Part shown: positions 20,812 to 31,004 of the stretch, in pieces | Numbering within the stretch: position 1 is the first letter of the stretch | Layout of the letters: each line of letters starts with the position of its first letter | IMG/VR virus record: IMGVR_UViG_3300047678_000094 | Location: 33,449-97,448 of that record | Length of the DNA stretch: 64,000 nucleotides | Origin: a virus | Reading direction: 5' to 3' (one strand) | Notes under the pieces: model-generated | Seen by the model: only the letters and a program-made list of their open reading frames with translations | Database searches by the model: none | What the model was told of the DNA's origin: nothing | Made by a program: the position numbers and the translations under genes

Positions 20812-21552
20812 ATGAGCGTTCCTACATCAAGAGCCCTATTCAAAGAGTGGTGCCTCAAGAAACTCGGCAAGCCAGTCATTTCGATCAACGTATCTGACGA
20901 TCAGGTAGATGATCGTATCGACGAGGCTCTGAAGTACTACTATGATTACCACTTCGATGGTACCGAGAAAACATACTACAAGTATCAGCTAACTCAACCA
21001 GACATTGATGCTGGATGCATTCCAGCACCGGAAAATCTTCTGGGTGTGGTTGGCGTATTCCCAGTTATGGGATCGTATGCCGGATCAAACATCTTTAACA
21101 TCCAGTATCAGATTGCTTTGAATGAGATCTGGTCTCTAACAAGCATTCAGCTTACACCATACTACCTTGCGATGGAACATATCGCCCTGATCAACGAATT
21201 GTTTGTTGGAAACCAACGTATACGCTTCAATCGACACACTAATAAGATTTACATTGATATGGATTGGACACAGGCCGTTGTCGGTAAGTGGATTGTTGTT
21301 GAAGGATATCTTCTGGTAGACCCAGACACATACACTGATGCTTGGTCTGATCGTTGGCTTCAACTGTACGCTACAGCCAAAATCAAAGAACAGTGGGGTA
21401 ACAATCTGTCTAAATTCTCTGGTATGCAATTACCAGGTGGAGTTCAATTCAATGGACAAGCTATCAAAGATGAAGCAGTTGCAGAGATTAAAGATCTTGA
21501 AGCCCGCATGATCAATGAGTTCAGCCTGCCTCCTGAAGATATGGTAGGCTAG
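20812..21552 (+). CDS. gp13: Neck protein gp13
   Basis: LGKPVISINV, YHFDG, QWGNNLSKFSGMQLPGGV. Confidence 0.9.
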   Translation: MSVPTSRALFKEWCLKKLGKPVISINVSDDQVDDRIDEALKYYYDYHFDGTEKTYYKYQLTQPDIDAGCIPAPENLLGVVGVFPVMGSYAGSNIFNIQYQIALNEIWSLTSIQLTPYYLAMEHIALINELFVGNQRIRFNRHTNKIYIDMDWTQAVVGKWIVVEGYLLVDPDTYTDAWSDRWLQLYATAKIKEQWGNNLSKFSGMQLPGGVQFNGQAIKDEAVAEIKDLEARMINEFSLPPEDMVG

Positions 21553-21557
21553 ACATA

Positions 21558-21601
21558 CGTTTTTATAAATAGACTCTGAAAAGGAGATCTATTATGAGTG
21601 A
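21558..21601 (+). promoter_or_regulatory. Late promoter plus RBS-sequestering hairpin (copy 1 of a 44-nt repeat)
   Basis: TATAAATA; aatagactct-gaaa-aggagatctatt; identical to 30961-31004. Confidence 0.7.
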
Positions 21602-22313
21602 GAAATACGGTTTTGTATACATCTGGTACGATCGCAAACACAAGCGATTCTATATTGGGAGTCACTGGGGAACTGAAGATGATGGGTATATCTGTTCATC
21701 TACTTGGATGCGAAATGCATATAAACGAAGACCAACAGATTTTAAAAGAAAAATTTTGAAACACGTAAAAACAAATCGCAACGATCTTCTTTTAGAAGAA
21801 CATAGATGGCTGTTGATGATTCCTAAGGAATCATTGGGTAAAAATTATTACAACATGACACAACACTTAAACGGTCATTGGGAAACAGAAGAAGAACGAC
21901 GTTTATCTTTAGTTGATAAGATATCTCTTCATACAAAAGAAGCTATGCAAAGACCTGATGTTCGAAAGAAATATCTGGCTGGTTTACAGAAACGTAACAG
22001 TATACAAAGCATCGAAGCCAAAAAGAAACGTTCTGAATCTATGAAACGTACAATGGCTAAAAAATTCCCAATTGAATCTAGATTTAAATACGAAACCAAA
22101 TTTGGTTCTGATGAATACAAAATTAATATGGGGAAAACAATATCAGAATCTTGGAAACATAGAGACAAAAAGAAAATAGGGAAGAAAATTTCCGCAAGCC
22201 TTAAAGGTGTACCAAGACCATCTATGTTGGGTCGTAAATGGTGGAATAATGGTTCTATAAATAGAAGATCTATATTACCACCAGATGCAACTTTTGTTGC
22301 AGGAAAAGTTTAA
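21594..22313 (+). mobile_element. Free-standing GIY-YIG (Seg-like) homing endonuclease
   Basis: GFVYIW...FYIGSHWG...DGYICSS, YYN, basic C-terminus, AT-rich. Confidence 0.85.
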
Positions 22314-23041
22314 TGGCAACCAATCCGTATATTAATGCGTTCTACAATGAACCTGAACAGGATCTGATGGATGATCTTGTGATGGAGAGCATTAAATTTT
22401 ATGGACATGATTGCAACTACATCGTTCGTGATACTGTAGAAGTGGACGAAGTTTACGGCGAAGCTCCACTAACAGAATACAATCGCGCATATATGTTAGA
22501 TTTCTATATCCGTAACTTTGATAGTTACGAGGGTGACGGTGTCTTCCTTTCTAAATTCAATCTTGAGATTCGCGACAGCTTAACTCTGACTGTATCATTG
22601 AAGAACTTCAAAGCAGAAATTGGACAAGCCGAAAATTTATCAAGACCACGCGAGGGTGACCTAATACACGTGCCAATGGATGGTCGTGTCTATGTCATCA
22701 AATTCGTCAACAAAACCCCGGTGTTTTACCAGATGGGTAAGATCCAATTCTACGATTTGACTTGTGAGGTGTTCGAGTATAGTAACGAGAAATTCAATAC
22801 TGGTATCCAAGCTGTTGATAACATCTACCGTAACCGTTCAGTAGACATTACAAATTTCGCTCTACTAACGCAAGACGGCTATATGATTGCCGACCAAGAT
22901 GGTTACCCAATCATACAAGGTGGATATGATATTGACGGACAATCTGGTGACTCCGGCGATGACAGTGGCGAGATCCAGAATGAGTCTAATGCCGTTCTAG
23001 ACTGGAGCGAACGAGATCCATTCAGCGAAGGAAATGTGTAA
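22313..23041 (+). CDS. gp14: Neck protein gp14
   Basis: ESIKFYG, SKFNLEIRD, RPREGDLI, FYQMGK, FEYSNE. Confidence 0.9.
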   Translation: MATNPYINAFYNEPEQDLMDDLVMESIKFYGHDCNYIVRDTVEVDEVYGEAPLTEYNRAYMLDFYIRNFDSYEGDGVFLSKFNLEIRDSLTLTVSLKNFKAEIGQAENLSRPREGDLIHVPMDGRVYVIKFVNKTPVFYQMGKIQFYDLTCEVFEYSNEKFNTGIQAVDNIYRNRSVDITNFALLTQDGYMIADQDGYPIIQGGYDIDGQSGDSGDDSGEIQNESNAVLDWSERDPFSEGNV

Positions 23042-23044
23042 TAA

Positions 23045-23282
23045 AAACAAGAGACTAGAAGAAGAATTTCTGAAACGAGACTTAGAAAGATAGAATCTGG
23101 AGATCTAGTTATAGTCGGACACAAACACAATGAAAGTTCAATAAATAAAATTAAAGAGAAACGTGCATTACAAATTTTCTCTGAAGAAAGTAAAAAAGAA
23201 GATGCGAGAATCAGCCAAAGGTAGACGCTGGTACAAATGTCCAGAAACAGGTAAACGTGTTTTCTATAGAGAGGCTGCGTAA
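23045..23282 (+). pseudogene. Remnant of a homing endonuclease C-terminal DNA-binding region
   Basis: No start codon; reads ETRRRISE...GHKHNESSINKIKEKR...SEESKK, then after a frameshift KMRESAKGRRWYKCPETGKRVFYREAA* (NUMOD3-like). Confidence 0.65.
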
Positions 23283-24097
23283 TGTTTGGGCAGACCTGGT
23301 CGCATGATATTATGCGTAAATACGTCATCATTTTTGGGACGTTATTCAACAACATCTACATCACACGAAACAGCTCAAAGGGTGCACCAACCAAAACGAT
23401 TAAGGTGCCACTGACATACGCACCAAAAGAAAAGATGCTTGCGCGTGTTAACGCCGATCCTGATCTTGATAAAGCGATCGCCATCACTCTGCCGCATATG
23501 TCGTTCGAGATCAACAACTATCAGTACGCACCAGATCGTAAACTTACAACGATCGGAAAGCACTACAAAAATCAAACTGATGGTACAACAAAGTATGTGT
23601 ACCAACCTGTTCCATACGACATCGTTTTCAACCTCTATATTATGGTTAAGAATGCCAACGATGGCACGAAAATCGTTGAACAGATTCTGCCATACTTCAC
23701 ACCAGAGTTTACTGTCACCGCGAACATTCTTCCGGAGATGGGTAAGACTCTTGATATTCCAATTGTCCTAAACGACACTTCAGTGCAGGACATTTACGAT
23801 GGGAACTTTGAAACAAGGCGCTCTCTTGTTTGGGTTCTCACCTTTACTATGAAGGGCTATCTCTATGGTCCAATTCGACAGTCCTCGTTGATTCACTTCG
23901 CAAACACAGGATTCATCCTATCTGATGACCCCACAAACGCGAATACCGCATCACCACGAGTAGCAACAGTAACGGCACAACCAGGTCAGCTTGCTAATGG
24001 AGAAGCTACTTCTAACATTGCACTGACTGTATCCTATGACGATGTAGATCCGAATAGTGATTACGCCTTTATCAACCAATTCTCAGAGACTCCGTAA
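23282..24097 (+). CDS. gp15: Tail terminator/sheath stabiliser gp15
   Basis: FGTLFNNI, KVPLTYAPKEK, EQILPYFTP. Confidence 0.9.
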   Translation: MFGQTWSHDIMRKYVIIFGTLFNNIYITRNSSKGAPTKTIKVPLTYAPKEKMLARVNADPDLDKAIAITLPHMSFEINNYQYAPDRKLTTIGKHYKNQTDGTTKYVYQPVPYDIVFNLYIMVKNANDGTKIVEQILPYFTPEFTVTANILPEMGKTLDIPIVLNDTSVQDIYDGNFETRRSLVWVLTFTMKGYLYGPIRQSSLIHFANTGFILSDDPTNANTASPRVATVTAQPGQLANGEATSNIALTVSYDDVDPNSDYAFINQFSETP

Positions 24098-24528
24098 TGA
24101 GTAACGATCTAGACAAAGCACTCAATGTAGCGCCAGCCAAAGACACCCCTCTTGTGCATGGGGAACTTGTTGTTCCTGTTGTAGAACAACTTCCAGCTGT
24201 CATTGATGCTGACTCTTCAGATGATAAAGAGGTGGATGAAGATTTCCAACTCGCCCGTGAAAACATAAAAGAATTGCTTGAGCAAGGCAAGGACGTCTTC
24301 GCTGAGATGCTCCAGGTCGCCAAACAATCGCAACATCCAAGAGCATTCGAGGTCTTAGGCAACCTCATGAAAATTGCGGTTGACACCAACAAAGACCTAT
24401 TAACGCTTAGAAAGCAAAAAAGGGAGTTGGTCAAGAAGACCGATGGGTCCCCAACTACGGTAAACAACAACCTGGTGTTGAGTACAGCCGATCTTCTCAA
24501 ATTGATCAAAAATCAGACTAATGAGTAA
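24097..24528 (+). CDS. gp16: Terminase small subunit gp16
   Basis: HPRAFEV, NNNLVLSTADLLK; precedes gp17. Confidence 0.85.
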   Translation: MSNDLDKALNVAPAKDTPLVHGELVVPVVEQLPAVIDADSSDDKEVDEDFQLARENIKELLEQGKDVFAEMLQVAKQSQHPRAFEVLGNLMKIAVDTNKDLLTLRKQKRELVKKTDGSPTTVNNNLVLSTADLLKLIKNQTNE

Positions 24529-25459
24529 CGAAAGACAATCATACTTAGGAAACCCGAAACTAAAAAGATCTAACGTCGCTGTCGAATGGACACCCCTTCA
24601 GTTGAAGGAGTACATAAAATGCTCGCAAGATCCAATTTACTTCATCCACAAATACTGTAAGATCATTCACGTGGACCGAGGCTTGATTAACTTCAAGCTG
24701 CACGAATTCCAAGAAGAGATGATCCGAACGTTCTCGGAAAACCGTTTCGTAATATGCAAGATGCCGCGTCAGGTGGGTAAGACCACGACGACAGCATCAT
24801 ACATTTTGTGGAAAGTTATCTTCAACGAATACACCAACGTCGCTATTCTTGCCAACAAAGACAAGAAGGCCCGAGAGATTCTGGACAGAATTCAGAAAAT
24901 GTTCGAGAACCTCCCAAGCTGGATGCAGCAGGGTGTTACAGAATGGAACAAAGGTAACGTTGAACTTGAGAACGGTTCTAAGATCGTTGCTACATCTACA
25001 TCTTCATCTGCCGCTCGTGGTGACACCTACAACCTTGTTTACCTTGATGAGTTTGCGCACGTTGAACGTAACATCCAAGACGACTTCTTCACATCCGTGT
25101 ACCCAACCATTTCATCGGGTGAAAAGACGCAGCTTATCATTACATCCACACCAAAGGGTATGGAGCTCTTCTACAAAATCTGGATTGATTCTGAAGAAGG
25201 TCGCAACAGCTACAAGCGCGTTGAGGTTCACTGGTCAGATATTCCTGGTCGTGACCAGAAGTGGAAAGAACAAGAGATCGCCAACACCTCGGAAGATAAG
25301 TTCCGCCAGGAATACGAATGTGTTGATGGAAAAACAAAAATAACCATTAGAAACAAGAAAACTGGTAAAACCAAGAAACTTACAATCAATAAATTTATAA
25401 ATATGATTGTAAGTTCCTCGGAGAACGAAGATGCACTACAGAAAAGTGTGGGAGAATAA
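24521..25459 (+). CDS. gp17: Terminase large subunit N-terminal part fused to N-intein
   Basis: YLGNPKLK, PRQVGKTT (Walker A), YLDEFA (Walker B); ends FRQEYE|CVDGKT... Confidence 0.9.
   Translation: MSNERQSYLGNPKLKRSNVAVEWTPLQLKEYIKCSQDPIYFIHKYCKIIHVDRGLINFKLHEFQEEMIRTFSENRFVICKMPRQVGKTTTTASYILWKVIFNEYTNVAILANKDKKAREILDRIQKMFENLPSWMQQGVTEWNKGNVELENGSKIVATSTSSSAARGDTYNLVYLDEFAHVERNIQDDFFTSVYPTISSGEKTQLIITSTPKGMELFYKIWIDSEEGRNSYKRVEVHWSDIPGRDQKWKEQEIANTSEDKFRQEYECVDGKTKITIRNKKTGKTKKLTINKFINMIVSSSENEDALQKSVGE
25319..25456 (+). mobile_element. Split intein N-fragment (46 aa)
   Basis: Block A CVDGKTKITI immediately after extein QEYE. Confidence 0.8.
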
Positions 25460-26003
25460 ATTTGGAAAAATCCCAACCGATGAAAATGGATTTAAATATG
25501 AAATACACCACATAGATGGTAACAGAAAAAACAATTCTATTGAAAATCTACAATGTATAACAATTTTGGAACATCTTCAAATTCACATAAACCGTGGTGA
25601 TTGGGGTGCTGTTGCTCTCATTGGAAAGAGAATTGGTCTTGGACCAAAATATATGTCAGAAGTCCAAAGAGGTGTTAAACGCCTGGGAGTTGGCGGTGCT
25701 AAAAAAGGAAGAACACCTTGGAACAAAAACAAAAAAGGGTGTTTCTCAAAGGAAACAATTGATAAGTTTAAAACTTCCAGAAAGGGTAGAAGATTTTCGC
25801 CATTGAAAATTTCTGATTCTGATTGTCAAAAAATTATCTCATTGTATGCTAATAAACCAAAAATGGTTGGAGCTGGCAAGAAAAGCAAAAACGGTAGAAT
25901 AATGTCTTATGAGACAGCTTTCAGCAATTGTATTTCTAAAGAATATAGCGTTACTCCAAAACAAATATGTAACATAATAACAGGTAAACGTAATGTTCTA
26001 TAA
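25431..26003 (+). mobile_element. HNH homing endonuclease between the split-intein halves
   Basis: YEIHHIDGNRKNNSIENL...EH...H. Confidence 0.85.
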
Positions 26004-26316
26004 GAACGATAACTTTGAAATTCTAACACCAAGTGGCTTCAAAGAGTTTGCTGGTGTGCAGGAAGTTATCAAATGTGGTAAAATAGAACTGACGTTGAAC
26101 AATGGTAACAGATTAATCTGTGCATCCAAACACAACATTTTGACTGATAGTGGTTGGATTGAATCTGGAAAATTGAGAAGAGACAGCAAAGTAATTACCA
26201 AAGATGGTTTGGTCGGTTTATACCACATTGAACTTTTGGATGACGAACACACATTTTATGATATTGTCGGTGTTCCTAATTTTGAATACTATACTAATGG
26301 TATAGTTTCTCACAAC
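25993..26316 (+). mobile_element. Split intein C-fragment (108 aa)
   Basis: ILTPSGF, CASKH (block B), FYDI...YYTNGIVSHN|CEF. Confidence 0.85.
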
Positions 26317-27180
26317 TGCGAATTCCTTGGTTCCGCCAACACCCTTATCCACCCTTCTAAGTTGCGCACATTAGCTTGGAAAAAACCAATCAAACAAAAC
26401 CATCTTGGGCTCAAGGAATACTATGAGCCTGATCCAAACACCGTATATGCGATGGTGGTGGACACGGCCCGTGGTGCAGGGGCAGACTATTCCGCATTCA
26501 TCGTGGTGAACGTTTCGACGTTCCCATACAAGATTGTCGCGACGTTTAAGAACAACACCATCTCACCATTGATTCTGCCAAACATCATTTACGAGACGGC
26601 TAAATACTACAATAATGCTTTGGTACTTGTAGAGACAAACGATATTGGTCAACAGGTAGCAGATATTCTACACTACGATCTAGAGTATGAGGGTATGCTT
26701 GTTTCTGCCATGTCTGGTCGTAACGGCCAGTCGCTATCTGGTGGTTTCGCAACGTCTACCCATAAAGGAGTGAGAACAACAAAACAGGTCAAGAGAATTG
26801 GATGCGCCACATTAAAGACGCTTGTTGAGTCAGACAAACTTATCATCGAGGATGCTGATGTCATTTATGAGTTAACGAGATTCGTGCTCAAAGGACAGTC
26901 ATATGAAGCTGAAGATGGTAATGATGATCTTGCTATGTGCTGTGTTCTATTTGGTTGGCTTTCTACTCAGTCATACTTACGAGAAATTACGGACCTTGAT
27001 GTTAGGAAAAAGATCTACGAACAAAACGAAAGAATGCTCGAAGACGAAATGCTCCCATTCGGGATCTTTGCCACCGGGGACGATGAAATAGACGAAAAAA
27101 TCAACGACGCTCCTACAGTTCTTGACCGACGTCCTAGAGACGAGTTCGGTGGGTTCTTTGGAAGCGCCGCAACAGACTAA
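25993..27180 (+). CDS. gp17: C-intein fused to terminase large subunit nuclease domain
   Basis: After SHN: CEFLGSANTLI, VDTARG, DYSAF, ETNDIG, DDLAMC. Confidence 0.9.
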   Translation: MFYKNDNFEILTPSGFKEFAGVQEVIKCGKIELTLNNGNRLICASKHNILTDSGWIESGKLRRDSKVITKDGLVGLYHIELLDDEHTFYDIVGVPNFEYYTNGIVSHNCEFLGSANTLIHPSKLRTLAWKKPIKQNHLGLKEYYEPDPNTVYAMVVDTARGAGADYSAFIVVNVSTFPYKIVATFKNNTISPLILPNIIYETAKYYNNALVLVETNDIGQQVADILHYDLEYEGMLVSAMSGRNGQSLSGGFATSTHKGVRTTKQVKRIGCATLKTLVESDKLIIEDADVIYELTRFVLKGQSYEAEDGNDDLAMCCVLFGWLSTQSYLREITDLDVRKKIYEQNERMLEDEMLPFGIFATGDDEIDEKINDAPTVLDRRPRDEFGGFFGSAATD

Positions 27181-27251
27181 AATTCGCGTGGAACCAGCGT
27201 TTTATAAATAAGAGTAACAGCTAAACCACCCGTAACGATTGTAGGGAGAAT

Positions 27252-29813
27252 ATGTCGATGACGTTCCAAGTAAGCCCAGGTATCAATGTATCAGAGATTG
27301 ATTTAACAACCTCTATACCAGCCGTGGCGACCGCAGTAGGTGCGTTCGCAGGTCCATTCAACTGGGGACCCATCGGTAAATTTTCACTAATCACAGGCGA
27401 GAATGATCTCGCAGCCCGTTATGGAAAACCTAACAGCGACAACTTCGAGAGCTTCTTCTCAGCGGCAAACTATCTCGCTTATGCAAATCGTCTCTATGTA
27501 AGTCGAGCAGCTAAGACAAGCGGTTTCTCAAACACAGTCACGACAGCCCTTATCGGAAACAACGTTCTTCTCGCATACTCTTCAGATGCTGGTCTAGCGG
27601 CTGGATATGGCGTGTTCGGAACAGGTATCCCAGATGAAGCAACAATCGTTTCTGCAAACAACACCGCTCTGTCGAATACTTTCAACGCCAACACCGCTGT
27701 TGCATCAAACGGACAAATCACTCTGTCTGCAAACCCATTCGTAACTGGTGAAACCGTAGTTTACACTACAGCTACAGGTAACACTGTACTAACAGAACTT
27801 GCAAACAACTCAACGTACTTCGTGCGTGCAGCAAACACAACCACCCTTTATCTTTCTGCTACAGTCGACGGATCTGTTATCACCCTTACAAAAGGTGTGA
27901 CGGAAGCTGGACACACACTAACTCGTAGCGGCGTGACTCGCGTAACTCTCTCAGCAAACGCCACAACCGGAAACGTTGCATCGCCACAGCTGACCACGGT
28001 CAACTACTTTGACACTGCTCTATCATTCAACGCTGTAGCAAACTCTGCCGCAGTGACAAACCGTTCAGCGGCTATCGTAAAGAACTCTGATCATTACGAT
28101 ACTGTAACCTTCCCTTCAGGTGTTGAGTGGGTGGCAAAATACCCATCCGACCTTGGTAACTCTCTGAAGGTATCCGTGTGTGACTCTGCTGACCAATATC
28201 AGTCAACACTTACACCATACTCAATGACAGCTGGTGGTGTTACATCCAACAGCACAGTAATCCCAGGCGGAGCAGGAATCACTGTTGCGCTGAACGCAAA
28301 CAGCGCCACAATCTATGTCGCCAACTCTGCCACACTGAGCTCAGCAAACGCTGCACTTCTTGCAGAAGGGCTAGCTGATTCGTTGATTGTTGGTGACGTT
28401 CTTGAAGTTGGAAACAACTCTATCAACAAGCAAAAACTGAAGATCTCTGCAATCGGTGCTGTGTCGACAGCTTCTGGTAACTCTTCGTTCACTGTGAGCT
28501 TCGATGGAACATATGCTCTGTCAACAGCCTTCTCAGCTAATACGATTTCTCGTTACTGGGAATATGCTTCGATTGTTGGAAAAGCCCCAGGAACAAGCCC
28601 CGCTGTTGAAGCTCTAAACCGTAGCATTGTGGATGAACTTCACATCGTTGTGGTTGATGAAGATGGCAAATTCTCTGGCGCGCCAGGAACTGTTCTCGAA
28701 GCATTCACAAGCCTATCACGTTCTACGGATGCTCGTAACGATGATGGTTCGTCAGGATACTACAAGACAACAATCAACGACCTATCTCGCTATCTCTGGT
28801 GGGCTGCAGACCGTCCAGGAGCCGCTTCAAACACCGCTGCTCTAGTCGCTGCTTCTACAGCACTTGTACCATACACAGTTTCTCTGACAGGTGGTACAAC
28901 TGGTGCTTCTGAATCAGACATCGCTGCGGCCGACCTGGCAGCTGCTTGGGATCTATTCGCAGATACAGCATCTGTAGATGTATCACTTCTGATCGCAGGT
29001 AAACCAGCCGGTGCCTCTGGAACACAGATGGCCAACTACATCATCGACAACATCGCAGAAGCTCGCAAAGACTGCGTCGCCTTCATCTCACCACAGAAGT
29101 CTGACGTTGTCAGAACTGATGGTGCTGAGGCTGACTCTGTAGTAACCTTCCGCGATGGTCTCCGTAGCACTAGCTACGCTGTGATGGACTCTGGGTACAA
29201 GTATCAGTATGACAAGTACAATGATGTGTATCGTTGGGTTCCTTTGAACGGTGACATCGCTGGTCTAACAGCCCGTACCGACCAAACACGTGACCCTTGG
29301 TTCTCACCAGCCGGATTTAACCGTGGTTCTATCAAGAACGTGGTAAAATTGGCTTGGAACCCAAAACAAGCAGCACGTGACGTTCTGTATGGTAAAGGTA
29401 TTGATCCAGTTGTTACTTTCCCAGGACAAGGTACAATCCTCTTTGGAGACAAAACTCTACTGACCAAGGAAAGCGCCTTTAACCGCATTAACATTCGTCG
29501 TCTCTTCATTATCCTAGAAAAAGCGATTGCTAACGCCGCAAACGCAATGTTGTTCGAATTCAACGACGAGTTTACTCGTGCGCAATTCAAGAACATTGTT
29601 GAGCCTTTCCTCCGTGATGTGCAAGGTCGCCGTGGTATCTACGACTTCCGCGTAGTCTGCGACGAAACAAACAACACATCAGAAGTAGTTGATAGTAGTC
29701 GCTTCGTTGGTGATATCTACATCAAGCCAGCTAAGTCGATTAATTTTATTCAATTGAATTTTGTCGCAGTGCGTTCAGGTGTTGAATTTGATGAAATCAT
29801 CGGACAATTCTAA
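27252..29813 (+). CDS. gp18: Tail sheath protein gp18 (enlarged by insertions)
   Basis: SPGINVSEID, FNWGP, WFSPAGFNRG, RINIRRLF, INFIQLNFVA; TATAAATA at 27203. Confidence 0.95.
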   Translation: MSMTFQVSPGINVSEIDLTTSIPAVATAVGAFAGPFNWGPIGKFSLITGENDLAARYGKPNSDNFESFFSAANYLAYANRLYVSRAAKTSGFSNTVTTALIGNNVLLAYSSDAGLAAGYGVFGTGIPDEATIVSANNTALSNTFNANTAVASNGQITLSANPFVTGETVVYTTATGNTVLTELANNSTYFVRAANTTTLYLSATVDGSVITLTKGVTEAGHTLTRSGVTRVTLSANATTGNVASPQLTTVNYFDTALSFNAVANSAAVTNRSAAIVKNSDHYDTVTFPSGVEWVAKYPSDLGNSLKVSVCDSADQYQSTLTPYSMTAGGVTSNSTVIPGGAGITVALNANSATIYVANSATLSSANAALLAEGLADSLIVGDVLEVGNNSINKQKLKISAIGAVSTASGNSSFTVSFDGTYALSTAFSANTISRYWEYASIVGKAPGTSPAVEALNRSIVDELHIVVVDEDGKFSGAPGTVLEAFTSLSRSTDARNDDGSSGYYKTTINDLSRYLWWAADRPGAASNTAALVAASTALVPYTVSLTGGTTGASESDIAAADLAAAWDLFADTASVDVSLLIAGKPAGASGTQMANYIIDNIAEARKDCVAFISPQKSDVVRTDGAEADSVVTFRDGLRSTSYAVMDSGYKYQYDKYNDVYRWVPLNGDIAGLTARTDQTRDPWFSPAGFNRGSIKNVVKLAWNPKQAARDVLYGKGIDPVVTFPGQGTILFGDKTLLTKESAFNRINIRRLFIILEKAIANAANAMLFEFNDEFTRAQFKNIVEPFLRDVQGRRGIYDFRVVCDETNNTSEVVDSSRFVGDIYIKPAKSINFIQLNFVAVRSGVEFDEIIGQF

Positions 29814-30398
29814 ATGATAGATCGCACACCATATACTTACTTGATTGGCTGGAAACATCTAAACTTGTGGTATTTTGGTGTGCGATATGCTAAAAATTGT
29901 CATCCATCAGAATTATGGAAAAAATATAAAACATCATCAAAAAAAGTTTTAGAACAAGTAAAACTTTCTGGTAATCCAGATGTTATTGAGGTTCGTGATA
30001 TATTTGATTGTGTTGAGAAGGCTAGAAATCATGAACATAAAGTTTTGAAAAAACTTGGTGTTATTCGATCATCTAAGTGGTTAAACGAAACAGATAATAA
30101 ATCGTTCTCAATCGAAGCTTCTAGAAAGGCATCTCTTTCTGATATTTCTAGATTGAGAAAATCTAATTCGCATATTGGTAAACCTGGTCCAAACAGAGGC
30201 AGAAAATTTTCAGAAGAAACTAAAATGAAAATGTCTTTGGCTAGAAAAGGTAAGAAACGGCCTGAACACTCCGAAAAGATGCGCAAGGCTCAAAAAGATG
30301 GTGGATTCCATAAAGGTTTTTTACATACTTTAGAAACTCGCCAAAAAATGAGTAATTCTAGATTGAATTACTGTGCATCAAAACAACTAAATAATTAA
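29814..30398 (+). mobile_element. GIY-YIG-like homing endonuclease with NUMOD3 repeats
   Basis: PYTYLIGW...WYFGVRY, KTSS, WLN; SEETKMKMS and HTLETRQKMS. Confidence 0.8.
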
Positions 30399-30417
30399 GA
30401 ATTAGGAGAATAGAAAT

Positions 30418-30954
30418 ATGGCCTTCTCGATCAACGAAATCAAAAGTCAGCTTGCCGGTGGTGGTGCTCGTCAGAACCTGTTCCAAGTTCGTATTACGAA
30501 CCCCGCGAACGGATCAGCTGACATCAAGGTACCATTCCTTGTTCAAGCTTCGCAAATCCCAGCTGCCGGGTTGGGAACCATTCAGGTCCCTTACTTCGGC
30601 CGCACTATCAAACTTGCCGGCGATCGCCAATTCGCTGCCTGGGAAGTTTTGGTAATCAACGACGAAGACTTCAAAATCAGAAATGCTATGGAAGAGTGGT
30701 CTAACAAGATCAACCGCTTCCAAGGTAACATCCGAGAACTGGCAAACTACAAGTCTCAAGCTCAGGTAATTCAATATGGTAAGGACGGCACCATCCTACG
30801 CGAGTATGAGTTTGTCGGTCTGTGGCCTTCTCAAATTTCTGAAATCAGCCTTGACTGGGGTTCTAACGATCAAATCGAAACGTTCGGTGTGACCTTTGAG
30901 TATGACTTCTGGAGAGTTTCCGGTGGTACAACAGGAAACGCTGGAGGACAGTGA
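30418..30954 (+). CDS. gp19: Tail tube protein gp19
   Basis: GGARQNLF, VPYFGR.IKLAGDR, LDW, FEYD.W. Confidence 0.95.
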   Translation: MAFSINEIKSQLAGGGARQNLFQVRITNPANGSADIKVPFLVQASQIPAAGLGTIQVPYFGRTIKLAGDRQFAAWEVLVINDEDFKIRNAMEEWSNKINRFQGNIRELANYKSQAQVIQYGKDGTILREYEFVGLWPSQISEISLDWGSNDQIETFGVTFEYDFWRVSGGTTGNAGGQ

Positions 30955-30960
30955 GACGGC

Positions 30961-31004
30961 CGTTTTTATAAATAGACTCTGAAAAGGAGATCTATTATGA
31001 GTGA
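30961..31004 (+). promoter_or_regulatory. Late promoter plus RBS-sequestering hairpin (copy 2)
   Basis: Identical to 21558-21601. Confidence 0.7.

Noticed and set aside
25319-26316. Terminase break as a sequencing frameshift in a contiguous intein
   Set aside because: The HNH ORF has its own start and stop, and the split point matches known atypically split TerL inteins
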